Below, piece by piece: positions 15,001 to 27,200 of a DNA stretch of 64,000 nt (position 1 is its first letter; each line of letters starts with the position of its first letter). The position numbers were made by a program, and so were the translations under genes. Under the pieces are notes generated by a model, which was not told the DNA's origin, ran no database searches, and was given only the letters and a program-made list of their open reading frames with translations. This DNA comes from Ptychomitrium polyphyllum (taxonomy: Eukaryota): assembly GCA_973851085.1 (NCBI GenBank), contig OZ316775.1, forward strand, positions 2,232,001-2,296,000. The letters are read 5' to 3'.

Positions 15001-17834
15001 ATACCCACATTTTTACCAAGAAAACTGGACCAGAATCTTTGCAAGTTCATGAATGGTCATCAGAGCAACAAACTTACGATTTTCCCTTCTTTCTTTGCAA
15101 GCTCTTCCAATGCCTTCTCTGGCTGTCCTGCTTCTTCCAACACAGTGGCCTAATTTCAAGAAAAAAATGCACAATTAATATGGGAAATAGTTTAGACACC
15201 ATCTGGATCTTGTACAACTCTCATTCCAAGTCTACCAAAATAGTTTAAAAGGCACATCAAAATGGCCTTGTCATAATCACTAAAGCAATAAGCCTGAAAA
15301 ACTAATATACACGGTCGTTTCTTTCTACATGTAACAATCACACCCCAAATTCGTGAGCATGCACAACATGGACATTGTAAGCTGATTAGCTGAGACATCC
15401 ATGACACCTAAATACGTTCCCGCTGCATGATATCATTATACCTCCCAACTGATTAGAAGACATGTATACAAGTTCCTTACCTTGTACAGTAGCATTTCAC
15501 TGTGCTCGTACCGCTCACTTTCAGGAGGGAAGTCCTCCTCCAAGGTGCCTTCGTAAGCATCCAATATATTTGCAGCCATCTGAGGTCTGATGCATATCGA
15601 CAATTCATTGACTAGTACAATTCACAAGCCTGAGTTTGTCTGAAGATAATTAAAACAATATACTAAGTCATCCCAAAAATTCAGGTGCTACAAATGCCTC
15701 CAAACTTTACATGCATGATCATCTGGATTGTTGAAGAGGCATTACTCATGATTTATGTGATACGCAATGGCAAAGCCGATCCAGTTGTTACGATGGCTAG
15801 GTTTAAGTGTTAGCAGCTGTCTCCTGGTCTCAACAAACCCAGCTAGCTCCCGCATTTGTGCCTGTGAATTACGTGATGCCATTCCTTAGACAATGAAGTC
15901 ACAAAACATGTAGAGAACTAGAAGTTTACACTAGCGCTTTCTCTTTGTCTAGTGAGAAGAAAACCTAAGATGTGGCGTAGGACAACATACCTGAAGCAGT
16001 GACAAATCCCTAAGAATTTGAATGTTCTCTGGATCAATCCGGAGTGCACATCGATAACATTTAATGGCCTCTCGGTAATCCCGGTCAGAACGATACAAAA
16101 GTCCATAGACGTGCCAGCACACATGACTCTTCAGATCGTTCTGCACGACCATAAAAGCCGTAAGATGAAGATGAGGATTAGAAGGACGGAATTGAGCTCA
16201 AAATAGTACAAGTGCAGAGTTCATGTAAATTAATTACAAAAGCTTTCCAGACTTCAGATCCTAGGCTATCAGAGTACAGAATATATTCTGTAGTCACCTG
16301 CAGACTCTTTCATAATATACATGTATATATGTACTTCTAACTGTTTAATATATACTTACAACTCAAGTACGCGAATTTTTCAAAAAAAACTTTTGAATGC
16401 AAGGCAAATTCAACTTGAGTACAGGCGGAGAAAATTTGGTCACACAAGAGAATATTCTATACTCCAATAACCTAATTCAAAACGCAAAAACTTCAGATAC
16501 ATACCTTCAAACCTTTACGGACAAGTTCATAAGCCTCTATTTTCCTATCCATGCAGTTCAGGGTTAAACCCTTCATCGCCAAGGTTTCTGCACACACGAA
16601 ATTATATGTCTCCAATCAAAACTGAATAGACCTAGCTGCAATATGAAAAATGATGAAATATAAAGAAGATCCAATTCATAACCATATGGTTATCAAACCC
16701 AAATTGAGGTACACGATTCTCGAAGATGATATTTCAAACCCAGAAAGGTTACCTCCATGCTCGGGATACTTTCGAAGAATTTGATCCGACGCCTTCAGCC
16801 CCTTTTTGTACTGCTTCGTTTCATATGATTTCTGGGGCACATCACACCAACAAGCTATACCTTAATATTTCACAATTAGGCAAATTCAAAGCCGAAAATA
16901 TCAACAAGGCTAGAGTGATGGTGATGCGTCTATGTGCACTAGAGCCTGCACTCTGCGCAAAATTCACTCGTCAAGGAGTAGACAATTTTCCCACAGTTAA
17001 CTGCCAAACTGATCCTTAAACCCTAATACTTCAAGTTGCTGTCTCTGATGCAAAAATTACACCTTTACAGCATTTCAGGTGCCTTTCCAACGGAGGCTTT
17101 TGGAAATCGACCTAGAACTACATTTCTCTAGAATTTGGCAAAGAAGGAAAAACGAAAGGGCTTTCTTGTTGACAGAATTGATTTCTAATACAGGTACGAG
17201 GCAGGGATTTAGTGTAAGTTCTTGCTAGTTGGTCACAGAACATTCCCTCGCTTCGACTACAACACAAAATTAGGTCTACTTACTGTTACCACGATTTCAC
17301 ACCACATACTCAATCCATAATTCCCAATCCACAGAACGTACTCAACGACATGCATTTTAATGTAGAACACGGCACTTCACCCTCCTGAAAAATCCCAACT
17401 GCAATCCCAGAATCCAATTTCCACTGCACTCCTCCACCAATTGCTAGAAACCGATACGTCATAGAAGCATTAATCCAATCAAGCTCAAAGCTATCATCTC
17501 CATTCGAGCTGGTGAAATTCAAACAACCCGCAACAAAATTCTATAACAGCATCTGTCCATCAAAAGCACAACACACCCTACCCCACCCCCCACAACCTCC
17601 AACCCTACACACGGTACTCTCTACACACCCCCACGAAGAAAAAACAAAAATCAAGTAAACAAAAAAAAAATCCTCCTGTTTCCCAAACGGAAATCTTCCG
17701 CACAGCACGAACTCCACCCAGACAGGAGGAAAAGAGAAAATCCCTCCCTTACAAGACACAAGCTCCAAAAGTCCACATACCACGATGAGCTTGAAGAGGT
17801 TGGCCTCCTTAGGAGGCAACACTGAGCCGCCCAT
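9001..17834 (-). CDS. NAA15: N-terminal acetyltransferase A auxiliary subunit (NAA15/NAT1, TPR protein), about 26 exons
   Basis: Exons read [18 protein letters not shown] / [11 protein letters not shown] / [25 protein letters not shown] / [18 protein letters not shown] / [10 protein letters not shown] / [20 protein letters not shown], with canonical splice sites where checked. ATG at 17834, TAA at 9001-9003. Internal exon boundaries were placed by eye. Confidence 0.93.
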
Positions 17835-18641
17835 TGCAGCTACTCGAGGAGCAACGAGACGGCGAAGCGGCAGCGGCAATCCACCGCGTCAGCGTTGTTG
17901 CGGGTATCAGCGCGACGACGAAGCACATCAAATTCTCAGATGACACTGGATTGGGACTCCGTTGTTTCTGCGCCGACCCGTCGCCCCGACGCTTCCGCCA
18001 TCCCTAGACGCGCAACGAGGTACAGAACCGCAACCTGCCCTCGCTCTCGCGCTCTCTCGCTGCGGAGCTCCAACATCGCCTTTAGGGCTGACACAGGAGC
18101 ACCCTCGTCGACACCCTGCCCTGACCTCGCCCTCCATCGCCAAATCCTGGTATCAACCCCACCTCTGCTTCGTTCTCGGATATCATCCCGCGGCGACTCG
18201 GACATCCGCAGATGCATGCATCTCTCTCTCTCTCTTCGTGGTGCGTCGCGAGGTTCGCAGCAAATTCAGCACGTCCAGCTGGAATGGCCTCGTGTGGAAT
18301 GGACCCGGAGGTGGCTGCGCTGATAGTTCGTTCGTTCGGTCATTCGTTCGTTCATTCGGTCACGGTGCTCTGGACTTGTGGGGAAGTTGTCCTTGTATCT
18401 GTGCGCACAAGTGGCAGATTCTGTAGCAAAAGTTGCTGCGCAAAGCAGGAAACGATCTTTCCCATGTACCTGGACGGGGTTTGGGCGTGTGTATGGATTT
18501 GCCCTCGTGTTGCTCAACTATAAACCTCTTGTTGAGGTTCACGTTAGGGTTTTCTCGCGGGGTGATTGCAGTGGTGTGGAAATAAGCTGTTGAGCTCGTC
18601 ACCACAGAGAATTGGAGGAGCGGAAGAAAGGGACACGGCAG

Positions 18642-18715
18642 ATGTGTGGTCGGTTGGAGGATGTGGTCGGGATAGAGGAGCAGCTCTTTCTCGACGCATG
18701 GGTGGTGGAGCGTAG

Positions 18716-18749
<34 letters not shown>

Positions 18750-18800
18750 GGTCGTCGTTCTTCCTGTGGTGATTGTTTCACGGCGAGGGTGGTCTTTTGA
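18642..18800 (+). promoter_or_regulatory. Candidate upstream ORF (52 aa, 14 Cys including a run of 11) in the SHMT 5' leader
   Basis: ATG at 18642, eleven consecutive TGT codons at 18717-18749, TGA at 18798-18800, ending 147 nt before the SHMT ATG. Confidence 0.4.
18715..18749. repeat. (GTT/TGT)n trinucleotide microsatellite, about 11 units
   Basis: Read directly from the sequence. Confidence 0.97.
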
Positions 18801-18947
18801 GAGCGGTGCGCGTGTTTGTGAAGCCGTAGTGTGTGGTTCATTGTATTTCTTGGTGAAGCTGGTGAATCCGAGGACGGACTGGTTCTGGTCCATGTTGAAG
18901 GGCGTGGCGAGAGTGAGATTTCGGAGTTGAGAAGAAGGCAGAGGAAG

Positions 18948-21272
18948 ATGGATGTTGGAGAGATTAAGCCAAGTCTGTCGCTGGGGTTGGTGCAAATGAT
19001 TCAGCAGCACCAGATGAATTCTGCAGTGGAGCAAGTCAACAACGTCCAACCTACTTTGTCCGGCGGAAATCGCACAAGTGATCTTAGCCAGGTATGGAGC
19101 CTATGTCGTGAAGATTATTTCAATTATGCATTTACCGCAAAGAATGCAGGCTCTAGTGAAGAAAGCAGGGGTATCTTCTAATGTTTCCTTCGCCGATTGC
19201 TTCCCCTGGGAACTTCCACGCTACTAAAAACTTCTCTTGGTCACTGATAAGGAAGTCCGGTATACTGAAGTTTCTTGAGGCAACCCTTGGCAAGTGTGTT
19301 GCATTTCTGACCTGAACAAAAATGAACGCTCCGCTTCAGTGTTAGAAAATTAGGAGTGGCGTAGCAAAGAGTTTACCTCTGAACCTTACATTTTGGACCA
19401 TCCTGGAGTAGTGTAGGGTTTTCGTATGTGTGTGTTCTGATGTGTGTATGATGTGATGGCATTTGTTAGGGAGAGACGGTCATGCAAGTTACAACTAGGG
19501 ATGGTGCGCAGCATCTTCTACAGAGCACTGGTGGTTCTTTGGGATTTTCTCCAGTGAATAATTCTCAGCGAGTGAAAAGGAAGGCGTCGCCTCTACAGGG
19601 TCGTCAGTTTAGGACTCCCTCACTGCCACCGAATCAGGTTATGGGAGGACGAAGCCCTTCGTCGCCCTCCTGCGGGCAGCAATCCGCCGTTATGTATCAG
19701 ACTTCGCCTCGGAATTCTCAGCCTTTGATGCAGGGTCCGTCTCTTGGCGCCTTCCGTGCTGTTGTCGCATCAGAGCATCTTCAGAACGGCATTCCGAGGC
19801 CCTTGCCAAATCATCCATCAACTCTGGGGCAGAGAGGAGGCAGAAACCACACCCCGTACCAGTACCAGGACCACAAAGCACGTAAACGAGGAGTGCGTGA
19901 CTGGGGTAACAGGTCGCTTTCTGAGGTGGATCCAGATTTGTGGGAGGTCATGGAGAGAGAGAAGCAGCGGCAATGGAGAGGCATTGAGCTTATTGCTTCC
20001 GAGAATTTCACCTCTCTCGCTGTCTTCGAAGCTTTGGGCAGCCATCTTACCAACAAGTACTCAGAAGGATTACCTGGCAATAGGTACTACAAGGGAAATG
20101 AGTTTATTGATCAGATCGAAACTCTTTGCTGTAAGAGGGCGTTGGCAGCTTTCCATCTTGATTCTGGAAAGTGGGGTGTCAATGTGCAGCCCTACTCATG
20201 CTCATCAGCGAATTTTGCTGTTTTCACCGCACTTTTGCAACCGAACGATCGCATCATGGGGTTGGATGTGCTATCTGGTGGTCACCTGAGCCATGGATAT
20301 CAAACTCAGGGTGGGAAGAAAATTTCGGCAGCTTCGATATATTTTCAAACTTTACCATTTAAGGTTCATCCGGAAACAGGTCTTATTGATTATGACAAGA
20401 TGGAGGAAATAGCGCTTCTCTACCGACCTAAGTTACTGATCTGCGGCGGGAGCTCTTATCCCAGGGAATGGAACTATGCTCGTTTTCGTCAAGTGGCGGA
20501 CAAGATTAATGCTCTTCTTATGTGTGACATGGCTCACATAAGTGGGCTCGTGGCTGCGCAAGAATGTGAGAGCCCATTTGACTTCTGTGACATGGTAACT
20601 TCTACCACTCACAAATCTCTGCGTGGGCCTCGCGGTGGCATTGTTTTTTATCGCAAGGGGTTGAAGCCTCCTGGTAGGCTGGGCGACGGCGTTTATACCT
20701 TAGAGAGAGACATCAATTTCGCTATTCATCCTACTTTGCAGGGAGGCCCTCACAACAACCATATTGCAGCTTTGGCAGTGTCGCTCAAGCAGGCATGTTC
20801 TAAAGAGTATAAGGAGTACATGCAGCTAGTGAAAAAGAATGCTCAAGCTCTTGCCGAAGGCCTGAAGCGGCGAGGGTGCAAGCTGGTGACAGATGGAACT
20901 GACAACCATCTTCTACTTTGGGACCTTCGCCCTTTCGGTATCACCGGGAACTCTCTTGAAGAAGTCTGTGAAGCATGTCACATCACCGTGAACAAGACTG
21001 CCGTGTTTGGAGATGGCAGTTCTTGGCAGCCCGGTGGTGTGCGCATTGGAACTCCAGCTATGACGTCTCGTGGCTGCAATGAGGTAGACTTCGACACAAT
21101 TGCAGAGTTTCTCTACCGTGCCATGCAAATTGCTGCAAACCTTTACAAAGGTAATTCAAAGGCGCAGATCAAGGGTGAAGTTTATAGTAGCGCTGAGATT
21201 CTGGAGTTGAGGGCTAGAGTTGAGGAATTCGCAACGTCCTTTGAAATGCCAGGGTTTGACGTCCCACAGTGA
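18948..21272 (+). CDS. Serine hydroxymethyltransferase, SHM6/SHM7 (nuclear-type) clade with long N-terminal extension; exons 18948-19091 and 19470-21272
   Basis: ELIASEN, NKYSEG, the PLP-lysine motif [13 protein letters not shown] and QGGPHN are present. [12 protein letters not shown] and VRDWGN match the SHM6/7 subfamily as I recall it. An upstream exon ([13 protein letters not shown]...DLSQ|GTATGG) splices in phase 0 to TTAG|GGA GAG ACG GTC ATG. Basic KRK/RKR patches in the extension could be an NLS. Confidence 0.9.
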
Positions 21273-24200
21273 GACAGAGTCGTGTTGGACTTCTTGAGAG
21301 TTGGAACCTTGTTTTCTGTACTTTAACAGACTGGTTGTAAACTTAGTTCACGGTTATGTCTGCCCTCCTGGCGAGTATCACAGCTCCTTGAAATTACAGC
21401 AGGCAAAGTTGAGCACATCTCTGGATGGCCGAATGGAGTTTGACTTTTTATTCTCGCTAACACCAACTCTACAAAACTCTGCTGCCGAAGCTGATGCGGC
21501 AAGACACGTGGTCTCCCCTGGGCTTGCAGATGGCAACAGGCACCTTTTGCAATAAGGTAAGGTTTCTCAATTTGTATCTTCTTTTTATTGATGTCACTCT
21601 AATCGTAACGAAACTTTCTACATAATACTTACATTTTTTTAACAACCCTGTTAGTCTCACCACGTTCGCTATCCACCTACTTTAATTAGGTTTTGATGTG
21701 AAGGCAGAGGAAGTTGCTACATCCCTCTTTTGAAGTCTATTTTAACTCTGATTCATTAGATTTCGGCTTATATTAATTGGAGATAAATGAGTAGAGCTTC
21801 CATTCAAGGTTCTGCTGTTCAGTTACTTACTGGTTTGTGGTGACAGGTTGCCGGTGAGGATCTGCCGATGTACCATTTATACCACGGTCATCATTAACCA
21901 CTTCAAAGGAAATCCTTCCAGTGAACTTATCAATTTGTCGCAGAGGTGAATGCGCTTGTATATTATTGCAAATTAGTTTGGTTAGGACAGAGTGGGAGAT
22001 AAATTTCTGAAGTCAACTCCCTCATACGGTAGCCAAAAGATTAGTGTTTTCTTGTCATAGGTATGACCTCAACGTTGTCATTTTTTAGATAATTTTAGTT
22101 GAGAGTGTCGTTGGTGGATTGGTTGGTCTGATTTCTTGGTCCCTTGTGCATGCCACAACGTGATATAAATTACAAATCATACTGCAGGTATTGTTGTATC
22201 TTGCTGTGTATTTCTGATGTTGAAGAATTCTCAATGAAGATGGCCAAATTTGATGAAAGCTTTGTTGGACAGCATAAACGGATCAGACCATCTCCACTGT
22301 ACAGACTCTTGAAAAGGAACCTTTTTATTCACACATAACTAATGCTTAAAAATACCATTACTGGAAGCACAATTAAAAACATAAGATGATAAGGTCACAT
22401 CCCTTTCAAAGATTCTAATGTACAAAGTTTGAGGAGTGGATTTAGAGAAATTCATGTATATGTTCAAGTGATGCAAATTTGAGTTCTACCTTACTTTTAA
22501 TCTTTAGAGCTTTAGGTTTTATAAAAGTATAAGGGTTTTATAAAGGTATAAAGGTATAAGGGTTTTATAAAGGTATATTGTTCAAGTACAATGGATTTTA
22601 TAGAGTTACAATGGGCTACAAAAACATAAATTGAGATAGATGGTGACATTTTTTCTCTTCTAGGAACTATGTTTCAATTTGTATAATTTTAGTGCTTGAT
22701 TTGATTGAGATTTAGAATTTATGAAAGTGTAATGAAATTAATGAGGTAATCTATCTTTCATCATATCATTGTATATACCTGATTTTAGAAGGTTGAAAAA
22801 AAAACACAAGGTAAATCCATTAAAATACATCTCTATTAATTGGTTGTTTAAGATATTGTAATATATGTTACTTTTCAAATATAATTAAAAATAACTTATT
22901 ATAAAATTATTAGTTTTATAATGGTTTTAATAAGTATATTTAGTAATTAATGAAGAAAAGACATATCATGATTTTACAAACCTGGAAGTGAAATGAACAA
23001 TAGAATTGAATAGCATAATTCAATTACATGCATGTATAATATTCCATAATAAATATAGATCATGAAGTGGTTTTGAGACTTTTTTTGGTAAATGGTCAAT
23101 TTCAAAATGACACTATATAGCCAAAAACACTTCAATTCATGAATTACAAAGTGCATTGGATGAACAATAGAATTTGTCTTCTTGGCATTAAAAGCTTACA
23201 AAATGAACGTGTGTATAAAATTTGATAATGTTGTTCATAATGTTAAACAAATTGCATTACAATTCTTTTTTAATTTTTGTGTTAATATAAGGCTTTGTGA
23301 TGTTGTGAACAATCTTTAATGATTAAAAATAATAATAATTAGAAATTATGATTATTAATCTTTTAAATGTTGGCATTGTTAAAAATTCAAATATAAATGT
23401 GTTTCACTTTTTTTAATTAGATTTTACCTTTTTTCTATGTTGAATAGTAGAAATCCATTTTTCTAATCCAATTTCTTTTTTTGTTTTATGTACTTGTACA
23501 AGTTTAATTAGTCATTTCTTTATTTGTATTTCATTTTGTCCCTTTTAATTTTCTTTTACTTGTTATAGCATATTATACTTAAGGAATTGTGCACATATGG
23601 TTTTCTCTTAAAATTAAAACTTTTCTCAAACATGCATTAAAGTGATCATTACAAATATGCTAAAGATTTTATTCTTATATAGATGGTATAAATTGGTTTT
23701 TTTGTTTTTTTTATGAAAATATAAACATACAAAACCTAGACAAATCCAACTGTCTCTAAGAGGTCTAAAGAAGAACAAATGTTCTTTAATTTGTTCAAAA
23801 CCATTGTGATTGTTCAAAATTGTTTGTGTTGGTCTAAAAGAAGACAACATCTCTTTCCTTCATTTGCACTCCTTCTCCCTTCTAAGTCTTTCCTCTCCCT
23901 CCCTCTTCAAACAAACTATATACAAGCCCAAATGGATTCTTTAAAATTCTAAGTCCATTCAAATCCAACCAAAACCAAATAGAATAAATTTACAAGGTAG
24001 TAATTTCATGCATTTGTTTCAATTTCAGCATTGAATTACTTACCACCGACCATTGTCATGCATGATTTGCCTATTATGATCTTTCATACTTAAAGTTAGC
24101 TCCATGCTCAACAAAAATACAAAACCTTAAAATCGAAGGGTCTTGTGAGGAGTTAAAGGGGTTTACATTTGACTTTATGATAGTTGATGACCAACACTCA

Positions 24201-27200
24201 AGAAAGAATGTTGTGGTTTGCTAACGTTGCACACTGGTAGGTTCTGACTTGCATCTCAAGAATGTAGCCATGTCATGAGAGAAACAGAAATCACCCACAC
24301 CAGGTCAGGCACTTCCCTTTTCAAGCCACTTTTGGACAAAGTGTGCAAACAACAATAGAATAATGAGCACAACAGTAGAATAATGAGCTCGTTCATTCTT
24401 CAGAAAGATCACTTTATAATCGTTTACAAACACTTCTGAAAATCTACTGGTGACGGTTCAAAGGACTACTTTTGTTTCCATATGTTGTGCTTGGCCTTGA
24501 CATCCAAGTCTTCTGGAACTCGAACGGATTTGATAATGAGTCTTAGAAACAGCCATCATACAAATGCATTGAAAAGTGTATTGTTGCTAGAGAGTTTTGA
24601 TTGGGATGTTCGACAGAAGTCAGCACACTTATCGTAGTTGCCTTGTTGAGCTCTATGTGTTACATAAAGCAGTGGGTACAGAGCAAGCACTTGTGGAGCT
24701 TCTGATGTTCAATGGACCTCAACAAGCTGACGGTGGGGCCAAATAATGCCAGATACTATTCTAACAAGCTTCATGCTGACATAGTGGCTACATATTGCTT
24801 GCAGAAGAGACAACCAGCCAATGCATTTGGACAAACATGCACAAGTTTTCAGCAACTAGTGACATGTATGATTGAAGTGTGCAGCATGGGGAAGGGAGTT
24901 TCATACATAAGTATGCAAGGTCTGGAATTTCTCTAAAAGTTGATGAAACCTACTCTCCATTATACAAAAACTTGGGAAACGATATATTTCACAACTGTAT
25001 GGTTTAAGAACCTCACAACTCAAAAACAAAATACACGTCCAAACTTCAACACTGAATTTCCACATTAAAAATATATCAAGTAATATATAATGACACGTGG
25101 TATCTTTTTCCAAATTTTAAATGATTTCGTTTGAACTTGACTTTATACATTTTGACCTTTATCAAAGTTTTTTTATGGTTTGTTTGGTTTCGGAAACAGA
25201 AAAATGCACCACCTTTTGGCTACATGTTTTTGCATACAGTACTAATCATCAAGTTTATGTAATATTATATAATTATCATACATTGTTAACAACTGATTGT
25301 ATTTTGTTGCAAACTATGGGGTAAAAAATTTGGATAATAATTTTGTACTTTTGTGTTTTGTTGAACGAAGTTTAATGATTACATGTTTACATGTTTACCA
25401 ATTTCAAAATTTTAATTTCGACACTAATGACAAAATCAACGTTTTTTTAATGTGATAAAATAACAATCAAAAATTAGAATTAAAATATCTCATTTGATAA
25501 TGTTTTTAAATTGTAATATGTATATAGTAGTAAATTTCCAATTGACAATATTTACAAACGTATAGTTCATTTGAATTGAATTTTAAAGAAGAAGAAGAAT
25601 GGTTTTCATAAAGTACACACAAAAAGCAGATTAAAAAAATGGTAGAAAACCAAGTCATTTAAGAAGTAGGAGTTTTTAAATTTCAAAGGAAAAGTGATTG
25701 TATTTTTTAAAATCAATATTAGATGCCTTTGATTGAATTTCAAAGCATTTTAGGAATATTTCATGAACACTTTTTTAAAATGTGCCATGTATCCACTACA
25801 TAATAGTCCCTTTTCAATTATCTCATTGTTATATGTGATTCTCAAGTATAGTAAAATTATTTTTGGTCTTAGCTACTTTCTTTAGCAAATGCATATTTAA
25901 GTATAGTTCATTAATATGTTTTTTGAAAAAATGAATATTTACAATAAAAGATGATATATTACAAGACAATTAAGCCATGTTATTCAAATAACATATGCAA
26001 TATTTTTTGCAAATTTGCTATGTATATTTTTTTGCATTTATGTGCTTTAAATAATTCTTTTATAACATGATTCAATTAGATTTTGGTTTATTCTTTGGAA
26101 ATTGGTTCCAAAATTATGTTATAGCTGAACATGGATTTTTACATATTAAAAGTATATATTTTATATTCAAGAATTAATACAACTATTTTATAAGTATTAA
26201 ATAGATTTTATTTTTCCTAATTAGATCTAAGTCCTTTTTCAAATTAATGAGAGTTTATTTTATTGTGATATGTTGTATAAGCAATTTTCTGTAGTTTACC
26301 AAATGTACTTTGTTAAACATTTCATTTTATGATATTATTGTATATAATTCATCTAACAAAAATAAATTTGTGATTTTATTCCAACATATTATCATAATTA
26401 TACCTTTCCATTATTATATACTATTATCATTTCATTGTTGTACCTTTTTTAACTTTTCAATCTATATAAGATCATTTTTTTTGAACAATTAGACATTATT
26501 GCAATAAAATTATCAGCACAATATTTTAGACATTCTACTTAAGCATATTCATAGGCAAAATAATCAATAAATTTTATAAAGTAATCAAATAAGGATAAAA
26601 ATTGAATATCATTGAAAACTTCATGAAATTTGAAATAGAGATATAAATGAGTACTTCTTAACAAGCTTGTAGTTAAGTTGTTATCAATATCAATACATAC
26701 AAAAACTTTGCTTGCTATTTAACAGACATAGATCATACAATATAATTTTTACAAGCTTCTAAAACCTTCTAGTATATTGTAATAGCTTCTTAAAATCCTT
26801 TCAATGCTTCCATAGCCATTTCACTTTTTTGGATAAATTTTTAAGAAGATTCTGTAGACATCTAAAACATTCTTAAATTTTATAGGAAGTTTTTTTAGAA
26901 GTATTTTAGGAAACACAAGCGTAATAGTACAAATAGGAAGTAAGACAAAGCATACCTTAATTTTACCAATACAAGTTAATTCTTAGAAGCTAATTCTTAG
27001 AAATAGCTTTGTATTTGCTCTTTATTTCTTGTGTCTCTATTCCGCTATTTGAATGATTACATAAAATATACATTTCTTCAAGAATAATAGCATTATTCAT
27101 CAATTTGTTGGCATAATTATAGAGTAAAATTTTTGTTATAAATTCATATAATATAAGTTGCTAATGCTGATACATATTTTTTTATTAAATAAAATTAACA

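Larger units (their letters stand above)
17835..18947. promoter_or_regulatory. Divergent (bidirectional) promoter and leader region shared by NAA15 and SHMT
   Basis: Start codons are 1.1 kb apart head-to-head. The region is GC-rich, with CT tracts (18040-18060, 18221-18235) and a telo-box TTAGGGTTT at 18544-18552. Confidence 0.6.

Noticed and set aside
18360..19049. 229-aa minus-strand poly-Thr ORF (and the poly-Gln ORF 18599-18841)
   Set aside because: Readings of the same microsatellite on the strand opposite the SHMT leader; no homology cues.
18831..19181. Stand-alone 116-aa gene
   Set aside because: Its 18948-19091 part is better explained as SHMT coding exon 1, which splices in frame to 19470.
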